Shown one piece after another: positions 31,235-39,938 of a stretch of DNA of 64,000 nt. The DNA comes from an uncultured delta proteobacterium (GTDB taxonomy: Bacteria > Myxococcota_A > UBA9160 > UBA4427), in the NCBI GenBank assembly GCA_963822965.1, contig CAWGJT010000015.1, forward strand, positions 1 to 64,000. The letters run 5' to 3'. Position 1 is the first letter of the stretch, and every line of letters starts with the position of its first letter. The position numbers and the translations under genes are program-made. The notes under the pieces are model-generated. The model was not told the DNA's origin. It ran no database searches and saw only the letters and a list, made by a program, of their open reading frames with translations.

Positions 31235-31668
31235 TCTGGGGCGGGCTGCTGCGTCGCCAGCGCGATGCCCTTGGCGCCCTTCTGCTGGGCGATGTCGAGG
31301 ATGTTGACGGCCTTGCCGAGCAGCACCGACTTGTCGCCCTTCAGGACGACGATCTTCTCCTGGGCCTGCTCGAGGGCGTCGCCGATCATCTGCTCGAGCA
31401 TGCCGGGCTGGACGATGGTGTCGTTCACCTTGATGGTTCCCTCGGCGTCGATGGCCACGGTGACGCTCTTGGGCGGCGGCTCCTCGCTCTCGGTGGCCTC
31501 GGGCAGGTCGATGTTCTTGGCCTCGTTCTGGGCCACGGTGGTGGTCACCATGAAGATGATGAGCAGCACCAGGAAGATGTCGGTGAGCGGCGTGATGTTG
31601 ATCTCGGCGACGATGGCGGCGTCTTCGCTGTTGCTATCGCCGCCGGTCGGAAGTGCAGAGATGGCCAC
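31231..31668 (-). CDS. exbD: Biopolymer transport protein ExbD/TolR family
   Basis: EINITPLTDIFLVLLIIFMV, IDLPEA, LKGDKSV; own GGAGG RBS and GTG, but in frame with the upstream ExbB. Confidence 0.9.
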   Translation of the reverse strand: MAISALPTGGDSNSEDAAIVAEINITPLTDIFLVLLIIFMVTTTVAQNEAKNIDLPEATESEEPPPKSVTVAIDAEGTIKVNDTIVQPGMLEQMIGDALEQAQEKIVVLKGDKSVLLGKAVNILDIAQQKGAKGIALATQQPAPD

Positions 31669-32340
31669 GTCTAGCTTGCCTCCTCCGACGCCGGCCTGGG
31701 CGCCGGCGCCGGCCGTCGACTCGACGTAGAGCAGCGCCTGCACCAGGCGCTCCGAGGCCCGGGCATACACCTGGTTGACCGAGGCCACCCGGGTGTTCAG
31801 GTAGTTGAAGATCAGCAGGGCGATGATGGCCACCCCCAGGCCGGCGGCGGTGGCGATCAGCGCCTCGGACAGGCTCGACGCCACCACCTGGAAGCCCGTC
31901 TCGCCGGTCTCGGACATGTGCGCGAACGCACGGATGATGCCGATCACCGTGCCGAAGAGGCCGACGAAGGGGGCGAGCGACCCGACGGTGCCGATGATCC
32001 AGATGCCGCGCTTGAGGCCGACGCCGAGCTCGGCGCGGATCGTCGCGAACACCCGGTCCAGGTCCTCGACGGCCGCGTTGTCCCAGCGCAGGCCCTCGAG
32101 CAGCATGTCGGCGATGGCCAGGTCGCTCTCCTCGCACAGGTGCCGGGCCGCGACGGCGTCTCGGCCGGCCAGCTTCTCGATCACCTCGGAGGCCAGCGCG
32201 CGCGACTTCTCCTCCAGGCCGCGCAGCTTCCACCAGCGCTCGGCGAAGATGGAAAGGGTCCAGATCGAGCCGATCGCGAGCGGCACGTTCGAGAGCCAGC
32301 CCATGATGAGCAGATCGATCAGATGAGCAGCGTCGAACAT
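31669..32340 (-). CDS. exbB: MotA/TolQ/ExbB proton channel family protein (no in-frame stop before exbD in this sequence)
   Basis: IGTVGSLAPFVGLFGTVIGIIRAF, SEALIATAAGLGVAI, FNYL. Confidence 0.9.
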
Positions 32341-32776
32341 CCGTGAGCCTCTCTGTGCAAGTCTTGGCGAAGTCGTCGCAAGCGTCCGTCGAAGCGTCCA
32401 GGCACGAAGCATGAAAAGAGCAAAGAGCAAAAGAGCAGAAGAAGACGAGCGCCCGACTCGAACGCACGGCCTTCGCGGGGGAGCCCGAGATTACCCGAGC
32501 CCCGGATCGCTCGCAGCAACGCGCGCAAGTGCCGGGAACGACGCACGATCGCCGGTTTGACACCGGACGGGCGCCCTGGGTAGGATCGAACGCCGCATGG
32601 CGCCCCGCGGGCCCGCATCGACCGGAACCGGCTCCGGGAGATGAGCGTCCCACCGACCGGGGGAGGATCCACGAGTCCAGCGGGCCTCGCGGCTCCGGAG
32701 GATCGGATCGCGAGCTCTCGAGCCGGTGCAGCAAGGCCCTGTCGAACCGAATCGAGCCGAACCCGAATCGAGCCGG

Positions 32777-33913
32777 ATGACCAACGCGCCCACCGCCAGC
32801 CTGCCGCGCCTCAGCCACCGCCACCCCCGGCGGCGGCGCGTCGGGCTGTTGTCGAGCGGCCCGGTGGGCTCGTCCCTGGGCGACTTCGCCACCGCCGGGC
32901 ACGCGCCGAACCTGGCGATGCCCGAGCCCGAGGACCGGCGCAGCGCCCTCATCGCGGGCTCGCTCACGACGCTCCTCCACGGCCTGGTGCTCGGCATCCT
33001 GGTGCTGCTGGCCTGGCTGGCGCCGCCGGTGGAGCAGCTGATCGAGGTGCGGATCATCCGCGAGCTGCCGGGCTCGGACGCCGAGCCGGCGCCCGCCCGC
33101 AAGATCATCCAGCCCCGGGCGAGGCCCACCCCCGTGCAGGCGGCGGCCCGGCGCGTGACGCCCCAGGCCGTCGCCCAGCCGCGCATGGTGAACGTGGCGC
33201 CCCAGCAGCTGAACCTGAACGCCCTGAAGCAGGCGGCGGCGCCCCAGGCCGTGCAGCGCCGGCAGGTGGTGAGCCAGCGCACCCAGGCGCGCTCCATCGA
33301 CCAGCGGCGCGTGGCCAGCGACCTCGACCTGAGCAAGCTGCGCGACGTGGCGGTGGTGCCGACGGACCTCGAGGCGCCGGTGGTGGACACCGACGGCCCG
33401 CGGCAGATCGATCCGGGCGCGGCCGTGCAGGCGCCCCAGAACTTCGCCGTCGTGCCGCCGGTGGACGACGTCGACTACGCGAGCGCGGCGCCGGTGGAGG
33501 TGGTCTCCGACCAGGACCTCTCGCCAGACACCGGCAGCTGGGACTTCGACACGGACGTGGGCGTCTACGCCGGCGGCGCGGGCACCGGCGGCACCGGCAC
33601 CGCGGTGGGCGTGGTGCGCTGCTTCGAGAGCGCCTTCGTGAACCGCTACCTCGACGTGGTGAAGCAGCGCACCGAGAAGCGCTGGCAGGTGCCCGCCGGC
33701 GTGCCCGACAACGCCCAGGTGAAGCTGCGCTTCGTGCTCGACTCCTCGGGTGCGGCCACCCAGGTGGAGTTCGTGGGCAAGACCGAGGCCACCCTGGGCA
33801 ACAGCGCGGTGGCCGCCCTGCGCGCCGCTTCGCCCTTCCCGCCGATGGACGACAACGTGCGCTGTCTGGCCGGCAAGAAGCTCTCCGGGACCTTCTCGGT
33901 CGAGAACCTGTAG
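32777..33913 (+). CDS. TonB/TolA-like energy transducer with TonB C-terminal domain
   Basis: Single TM with His (SLTTLLHGLVL), long P/A/Q linker, C-terminal Y...VK....W..P......V.LRF.LD..G...SA.AALRAASPFPP. Confidence 0.8.
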   Translation: MTNAPTASLPRLSHRHPRRRRVGLLSSGPVGSSLGDFATAGHAPNLAMPEPEDRRSALIAGSLTTLLHGLVLGILVLLAWLAPPVEQLIEVRIIRELPGSDAEPAPARKIIQPRARPTPVQAAARRVTPQAVAQPRMVNVAPQQLNLNALKQAAAPQAVQRRQVVSQRTQARSIDQRRVASDLDLSKLRDVAVVPTDLEAPVVDTDGPRQIDPGAAVQAPQNFAVVPPVDDVDYASAAPVEVVSDQDLSPDTGSWDFDTDVGVYAGGAGTGGTGTAVGVVRCFESAFVNRYLDVVKQRTEKRWQVPAGVPDNAQVKLRFVLDSSGAATQVEFVGKTEATLGNSAVAALRAASPFPPMDDNVRCLAGKKLSGTFSVENL

Positions 33914-33924
33914 CCCTGCGCACC

Positions 33925-36900
33925 GTGCGGCCTCGCACCGGGAGAGCTTTCATCGCATCTCGACCTTCGTTCTCCGGCCTACAGGCGGCGCCCTCCGGCT
34001 GGCTGGCGGCGCCCTCTCGCCTGCTGGCGGCGCCCTCTCGCCTGCTGGCGGCGCCCTCTCGCCTGCTGGCGGCGCCCTCTCGCCTGCTGGCGGCGCCCTC
34101 GGGCCTGCTGGCGGCGCCCACGCTGGGCCTCGTCGCCGCGCTGCTCGTGGGGCTCGCGGGAGCGGCCGCCGCCCAGGTGCCGCGGCCGCCGAAGAAGTGC
34201 ATGGCGGTGGTGCTCTTCTACGGCGCCGACGAGCGCATCGTCCGCCGCGAGAACGACACCAACGGCGACTGCCAGTACGACGAGAAGATCTTCTTCGAGA
34301 GCGGCAAGGCCGTGCGCGCCGAGCGCGACAACGACCACGACGGCCGCACCGACGTGTGGGTCGCTCTGGGCGAGGACGGCAAGCCCGTACGCCAGGAGGT
34401 GGACACCACGGGCGACGGCAAGCCCGACCAGACGACGACCCTCGAGGCCGGCGTGCCCACCCTGCGCCAGGAGGACCGCAACGCCGACGGCACCCCCGAC
34501 GCCACCACCACCTTCGCGGCGGGTGCCCCGGTGAAGAAGGAAGAGGACACGAACCTCGACGGCAAGACCGATACCTGGACGAGCTACCGCGAGGGCCGGG
34601 TCGCCACCGTCGAGCAGGACCGCAACCACGACGGACGCGTGGACCTCGCCGCCGAGTTCGACGCCGCCGGCCGCAAGTCGCGCGAGCGCCAGGACGGCAA
34701 CGAGGACGGCAAGCTCAACGTCACGATCCTCTACGAGAACGGCGCGCGCGTGCGCGTCGAGGACGACACCAGCGGCAACGGCAAGCCCGACGTGGTGAGC
34801 CACTACCAGAACGACGTGATCGTCCGGCGCGAGGCCGACACCACGGGCGACGGCCGCTTCGACACCACCATCGCCTTCGAGAACGGCCACGAGAAGACCC
34901 GCACCTTCGACGAGGACGGGGACGGCAAGGCCGAGGTCACCGCCTTCCTGGGCGCCGACGGCGCCGTGGAGCGCGAGGTGATCGCCGGCAAGGAAGGCGG
35001 CGGTCCCATCACCCGCAGCTACGTGGGGGGCAAGCGCGCCCGCGAGGAAGAGGACCGCAACGGCGACGGCCAGGTGGACCTCATCTCCACGTTCCACGAC
35101 GGCGTGCTGGTGCGGCAGGAGGCCGACAGCACCGGCGACGGCCGCTACGACACCACCATCGAGTTCCGCGACGGCAAGAAGGCCAAGCAGGAGGAGGACC
35201 GCAACGGCGACGGCAAGGTGGACGCCGTCTACGCCTTCGACGCCCAGGAGCGGCCGGCCAGCGAGCGGCTCGACACCCAGAACGACGGCAACTTCGACAC
35301 CGTCGTCACCTACGAGGAAGGGGTGATGCGCCGCCGCACCGTGGACTCGAAGGGCCGCGGCACGCCGGACCGCACCGAGATCTACGAGAGCCGCGACGGC
35401 AAGGCGGTGCTGGCGCGCGTCGAGATCGACGAGGACGGCGACGGCCGGGTGGACCTTTGGAACCGCTACGACGCCGGCGGCAAGCTCGTGCGCCAGGAGA
35501 AGGACACCAACGGCAGCGGCCGGGCGGACTCGTTCGTCTCGTTCGGCGCGGAGGGCAGCGTCGTCGCCAAGATCGAGAACGACACCACCGGCGACGGCAA
35601 GGTGGACACCTGGCGCAGCAACGACGCAGCCGGGGTGACGACGAAGCTCGAAGAGGACAAGAACGCCGACGGCAAGCCCGACCGCTTCATCGCCTTCGAA
35701 GCGGGCAAGCCCGCCACCTTCGAGGAGGACGAGGACTTCGACGGCCGCATCGACCATCGCGGGCGCTTCGGCCCCGGCGGCGAGGTGGTGGAGGCCTCGG
35801 TGGACACCACCGGCGACGGTAAGCTCGACCTGCACACCACCTTCGCGCCCGGGCCCCAGGGCCCCCAGAAGGTGCTGGAGGAGAAGGACACCCGAGCCGA
35901 CGGCAACTTCGACCAGAAGAGCCACTTCGAGGGCGGCCAGCTCGTGCGGCAGGAGCTCGACACCACCGGCGACGGCAGGATCGACGCGGTGCTCACCTTC
36001 GAGAACGGCAAGCAGGTGAAGCAGGAGCGCGACAACAACGCGGACGGCACCTTCGACCAGGTGACCTTCTACGACGCCGGCGAGCAGCCCACCCGCGAGG
36101 AGTTCGACACGAACGACGACGGCAAGATCGACCAGGTGAAGCGCTACGAGCAGGGCACGCTCGCGCGCGAGGAGGCCGACCAGGACTACGACGGCCGCTT
36201 CGAGCTCACCACCTTCTTCACCGGGGGCCAGGTCGTGCGCACCGAGGTGGACCGCACCGGCAACGGCCAGGCGGACGCGGTCGTCGAGTACCAGGAGGGC
36301 CGCAAGCGCCGGCAGACCGAGGACCGCAACGGCGACGGCGGCGTCGACGTCGTCACCCTCTTCGGACCCGACGAGCAGGTGGTCGAGGTGGACGAGGACA
36401 CGGACGGCGACGCCCGCTTCGACCAGAAGAGCTTCTTCGAGAAGGGCCAGCTCGCGCGCATCGAGAAGGACAAGACGGGCGACGGCGTACCGGAGGTGGT
36501 GGCCTACTACGAAGGCGGCAAGCTGCGGCGCCAGACCGAGGACACCACCGGCGACGGCCAGATGGACCTGGTGGTGGACGTGGACGCGAAGGGCCTGCGC
36601 GTGCAGGAGAGCGACAGCAACGGCGACGGCAAGCCGGACGTCTGGACCACCGCCGACGCCAAGGGCCAGGTGGTGAAGCGCGAGGAGGACCGCAACGGCG
36701 ACGGCAAGCCGGACTTCACGGTCACCTTCGCGGGGGGCGTCGCCACCCGCGTGGACGAGTCCACCCGGGGCGACGGCTGCACCGACCTGCGCCGCTGGCT
36801 CGACAAGGCGGGCAACGTCACCGCCGAGGAGAAGGACGCCAGCGGCAACTGCCAGTACGACACCTGGAACTACTACGAGGACGGCCGCCTCGTGCGCCAG

Positions 36901-37410
36901 GGCCAGGCGACCACCGGCTCCGGCCGGGCCGACGTGCTGAGCCATTTCGACGCAAAGGGCCGACTCACCGTGCAGGAGCTCGTCACCGTGCCCGGGGCGA
37001 AGACCCCCGACAAGAAGCTCTTCCTCGGTCCCGACGGTCAGGTGGTGAAGCACTGCGCGGACGGGGACGGCGACGGCCGCCTCGAGATGATCCTCGACTT
37101 CGACGGCGACACGCTGAAGAGCGCCCTCGTGGACACGGACGGCAACGGCCGGGCCAACGAGCGAGAGATCTACCAGAACGGCGAACGGGCCCGCATCGAG
37201 ACGGACACGAACGGCGACGGGCGGCCCGACGTCATCATGTACATGAAGGGCGACGAGGTAGCCCGGCAGGACGAGGACACGGACTTCGACGGCAAGATCG
37301 ACCGGCGCTTCGACGGGGACGCGCCCGGCAAGCTCGACGGACGGCCCGCGGCGCCCCCCGAGCTACCGAAGCTCGGCTGCGGCACCTTCCACTCGTTCTG
37401 GAAGCGCTGA
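33925..37410 (+). CDS. Large secreted repeat protein (over 40 units of ~22 aa with D-x-[NT]-G-D-G-x-x-D loops)
   Basis: Signal peptide ending AAA|Q; regular repeats such as RQEVDTTGDGKPDQTTTLEAG; strong coding bias. Start (GTG 33925) is uncertain. Confidence 0.88.
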   Translation: MRPRTGRAFIASRPSFSGLQAAPSGWLAAPSRLLAAPSRLLAAPSRLLAAPSRLLAAPSGLLAAPTLGLVAALLVGLAGAAAAQVPRPPKKCMAVVLFYGADERIVRRENDTNGDCQYDEKIFFESGKAVRAERDNDHDGRTDVWVALGEDGKPVRQEVDTTGDGKPDQTTTLEAGVPTLRQEDRNADGTPDATTTFAAGAPVKKEEDTNLDGKTDTWTSYREGRVATVEQDRNHDGRVDLAAEFDAAGRKSRERQDGNEDGKLNVTILYENGARVRVEDDTSGNGKPDVVSHYQNDVIVRREADTTGDGRFDTTIAFENGHEKTRTFDEDGDGKAEVTAFLGADGAVEREVIAGKEGGGPITRSYVGGKRAREEEDRNGDGQVDLISTFHDGVLVRQEADSTGDGRYDTTIEFRDGKKAKQEEDRNGDGKVDAVYAFDAQERPASERLDTQNDGNFDTVVTYEEGVMRRRTVDSKGRGTPDRTEIYESRDGKAVLARVEIDEDGDGRVDLWNRYDAGGKLVRQEKDTNGSGRADSFVSFGAEGSVVAKIENDTTGDGKVDTWRSNDAAGVTTKLEEDKNADGKPDRFIAFEAGKPATFEEDEDFDGRIDHRGRFGPGGEVVEASVDTTGDGKLDLHTTFAPGPQGPQKVLEEKDTRADGNFDQKSHFEGGQLVRQELDTTGDGRIDAVLTFENGKQVKQERDNNADGTFDQVTFYDAGEQPTREEFDTNDDGKIDQVKRYEQGTLAREEADQDYDGRFELTTFFTGGQVVRTEVDRTGNGQADAVVEYQEGRKRRQTEDRNGDGGVDVVTLFGPDEQVVEVDEDTDGDARFDQKSFFEKGQLARIEKDKTGDGVPEVVAYYEGGKLRRQTEDTTGDGQMDLVVDVDAKGLRVQESDSNGDGKPDVWTTADAKGQVVKREEDRNGDGKPDFTVTFAGGVATRVDESTRGDGCTDLRRWLDKAGNVTAEEKDASGNCQYDTWNYYEDGRLVRQGQATTGSGRADVLSHFDAKGRLTVQELVTVPGAKTPDKKLFLGPDGQVVKHCADGDGDGRLEMILDFDGDTLKSALVDTDGNGRANEREIYQNGERARIETDTNGDGRPDVIMYMKGDEVARQDEDTDFDGKIDRRFDGDAPGKLDGRPAAPPELPKLGCGTFHSFWKR
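33985..34119 (+). repeat. 21-bp in-frame tandem repeat x6.4 (AAPSRLL) in the signal-peptide region
   Basis: GCGGCGCCCTCTCGCCTGCTG: four exact copies plus variant flanking copies. Confidence 0.93.
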
Positions 37411-37432
37411 TCCGGCCGGCCCCCGGACGATT

Positions 37433-37471
37433 GAACGAGTGGACGAGTGGACGAGTGGACGAGTGAACGAG
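37433..37471. repeat. 8-bp tandem repeat (GGACGAGT) about x5 upstream of the pgi RBS
   Basis: GAACGAGT GGACGAGT GGACGAGT GGACGAGT GAACGAG. Confidence 0.85.
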
Positions 37472-37485
37472 AAAGGAGCCAGACC

Positions 37486-39186
37486 ATGTCGCTGCGAACC
37501 GCGCTCGGAGGCTACGAGAAGGACGTCGAGGAGGCCCTCGGCGACTGGCGCCGGGACGACCGGGTCCGCCGGCTGTGGGCCGCGGACGCGAGCGTGTGGA
37601 CGAACGCCGACGAGGCGCGCTGGCTGGGCTGGCTCGGCATGCCCGCCCGGGGCGGCGCCCTCGACGCCGATCTCGTCGCCCGGCTGCGGGCGCACGTCGA
37701 GAAGGAATCCATCGCCCACGTGGCGGTGCTGGGCATGGGGGGCTCGAGCCTGTGCCCCGACGTGCTGTCGCGCACCTTCGGCGGGGCGACGCGCGCACGC
37801 GGGCTGCCAGAGCTGCACGTCTTCGACAGCACCGTCCCGGCCTTCATCCGCAGCGCCGTCGCGCGTCTCGACGTGGCGCGCACGCTCTTCGTCGTGTCGT
37901 CGAAGTCGGGCAGCACCATCGAGCCCAACACGCTCTTTGCCTGGCTCCACAACGCGGTGGCGAGCGAGCTCGGCGCCGACCGGGCGGCGGGCCGCTTCGT
38001 GGCCGTCACCGACCCGGGCAGCTCCCTCGAGCGCGTGGCGAAGGAGAAGGGCTTCGCAGGCGTCGCCCACGGCATCCCCGAGATCGGCGGTCGCTTCTCG
38101 GCGCTCTCGCCCTTCGGCCTGCTGCCCGGTGCGCTGATGGGGCTCGACACGGACGACTTCCTGGCCCGGGCGCGCGCCATGGCCGCCGCCTGCGGCCCCG
38201 ACGTGGTGCCCGCCGACAACCCGGGCGTGCGCCTCGGCATCGCCATGGGAGTGCTGGCCGGGCGCGGGCGCGACAAGCTCACCTGCGTGATCTCGCCGGG
38301 CATCGCGAGCCTCGGTGCCTGGCTCGAGCAGCTCATCGCCGAGTCCACGGGCAAGCACGGCCACGGCATCGTGCCGGTGGGCGACGAGCCCGTGGCGGCC
38401 CCGGACCGCTACGGCCACGACCGCCTCTTCGCCTACGTACGCCTGGCCAGCGCGCCCTCACCCGAGCAGGACGCCGCCGTCGACGCCCTCGAAGCGGCCG
38501 GGCATCCGGTGGTGCGCATGGAGATGGAAGACGCCCGGGACCTGGGCGCCGAGTTCTTCCGCTGGGAGATCGCCGTCGCCGTGGCCGGCGCGGTGCTCGG
38601 CATCAACCCCTTCGACCAGCCCGACGTCGAAGCCGCCAAGGTGGCGGCGCGGGATCTGATGAGCGCCTACGAGAAGGAAGGCGCCCTCCCCCGCCAGGAG
38701 CCGGTGCTCGAGCAGGACGGCGTCACGCTCTTCAGCGACGCGGAGGTGGCCCCCGCGGCGCGCCGTTCGAAGAGCCTGCGCGAGGCCCTCGCCGCGCACC
38801 TGGGGCGCCTCGGTCCGGGCGACTACTTCGCCATCAACGCCTACCTCGACAGCAGCGACGCCAACGAGGTCGACCTGCAGGCCGTGCGCCTGGGCGTGCG
38901 CGAGCAGCACCGGGTGGCGACGACCCTCGGCTATGGGCCGCGCTACCTGCACTCGACGGGACAGCTCCACAAGGGCGGGCCGAACAGCGGCGTCTTCCTG
39001 CAGCTCACGGCCGCCGACGCCGACCCGCTGCCGATCCCCGGCGAGCAGTACTCCTTCGGTGTGCTGGCCCATGCCCAGGCCCAGGGCGACTTCCAGGTGC
39101 TGGTGGCGCGCAGACGGCGGGCGCTCTGGCTGCACCTGTCCGATCCTCGGGTCGGCCTGGCGCGCCTGCGCGAGTGGCTCGCCTGA
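37486..39186 (+). CDS. pgi: Glucose-6-phosphate isomerase (type usually seen as the C-half of Tal-Pgi fusions)
   Basis: LGMGGSSL, SSKSGSTIE, TDPGS, IGGRFSALS, EQLIAESTGK, NPFDQPDVE, HSTGQLHKGG; AAAGGAG RBS. Confidence 0.88.
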   Translation: MSLRTALGGYEKDVEEALGDWRRDDRVRRLWAADASVWTNADEARWLGWLGMPARGGALDADLVARLRAHVEKESIAHVAVLGMGGSSLCPDVLSRTFGGATRARGLPELHVFDSTVPAFIRSAVARLDVARTLFVVSSKSGSTIEPNTLFAWLHNAVASELGADRAAGRFVAVTDPGSSLERVAKEKGFAGVAHGIPEIGGRFSALSPFGLLPGALMGLDTDDFLARARAMAAACGPDVVPADNPGVRLGIAMGVLAGRGRDKLTCVISPGIASLGAWLEQLIAESTGKHGHGIVPVGDEPVAAPDRYGHDRLFAYVRLASAPSPEQDAAVDALEAAGHPVVRMEMEDARDLGAEFFRWEIAVAVAGAVLGINPFDQPDVEAAKVAARDLMSAYEKEGALPRQEPVLEQDGVTLFSDAEVAPAARRSKSLREALAAHLGRLGPGDYFAINAYLDSSDANEVDLQAVRLGVREQHRVATTLGYGPRYLHSTGQLHKGGPNSGVFLQLTAADADPLPIPGEQYSFGVLAHAQAQGDFQVLVARRRRALWLHLSDPRVGLARLREWLA

Positions 39187-39237
39187 GGCAGCCGACCCCG
39201 AGTCGAGCTCGAGACGAGCAGGAGGCAGGAGAAGGGC

Positions 39238-39924
39238 GTGGGAGCGGAAGCAGCCATCAGCGCGGGAACCGCCGCCGCCCTCGAGCACGTCCGCGAAGGA
39301 CACACCCTGGGGCTCGGCACGGGCCGGGCCGCCGAGGCCTTCGTGCGCGGCCTGGCCACCCGGGTGCAAGCGGGCCTCGTGGTGCGCGGCGTCCCCACCT
39401 CCCTGCGCACGGCGTCCCTGGCCCACGATCTGGGCATCCCGCTCCTCACCCTCGAGGAGGCCGACACCCTGGACGTCACCTTCGACGGCGCCGACGAGTT
39501 CGACCCGAACCTCGACGTCATCAAGGGCTACGGCGGGGCGCTCGTGCGCGAGAAGATCGTGGCCGCCTCGTCGCGCAAGCTGGTGATCCTGGTGGGGCCC
39601 GAGAAGCGCGTGCCGGTGCTGGGCTCGCGCGGCAAGCTGCCCGTGGAGGTGGTGCCCTTCGGCGAGCCCCTGTGCCGCCGGCGCCTGCACGCCCTGGGCT
39701 GCGAGCCGGCCCGCCGCACCCGGGACGACGGCCAGGCCTACGTGACCGACAACGGCAACCACGTGCTCGATTGCAAGATCGCCCCCATCGACGACCCGGC
39801 AGCCCTGGAGCGCGAGATCCTCTCGATCCCGGGCGTCGTGGGCAGCGGGCTCTTCCTCGGCATGGCCGATCTCGTGATCGTGGGAGACGGCGCCAACGCG
39901 GAGGTGCTCAGCCGCCGCAGCTGA
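39238..39924 (+). CDS. rpiA: Ribose-5-phosphate isomerase A
   Basis: GLGTG, DGADE, IKGYGGALVREKIVA, TDNGN, PGVV..GLF. Confidence 0.96.
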   Translation: MGAEAAISAGTAAALEHVREGHTLGLGTGRAAEAFVRGLATRVQAGLVVRGVPTSLRTASLAHDLGIPLLTLEEADTLDVTFDGADEFDPNLDVIKGYGGALVREKIVAASSRKLVILVGPEKRVPVLGSRGKLPVEVVPFGEPLCRRRLHALGCEPARRTRDDGQAYVTDNGNHVLDCKIAPIDDPAALEREILSIPGVVGSGLFLGMADLVIVGDGANAEVLSRRS

Positions 39925-39938
39925 CGCGAGCCGGGCCT

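Noticed and set aside
32399..32415. GGCACGAAGCATGA as a sigma54 promoter for the tonB-like gene
   Set aside because: The -12 element lacks the GC and the site is far from the start; too weak to call.
32641..33924. N-terminal 428 aa of the 1589-aa ORF
   Set aside because: Overlaps the TonB-like gene in another frame; the real protein starts near 33925, before the signal peptide.
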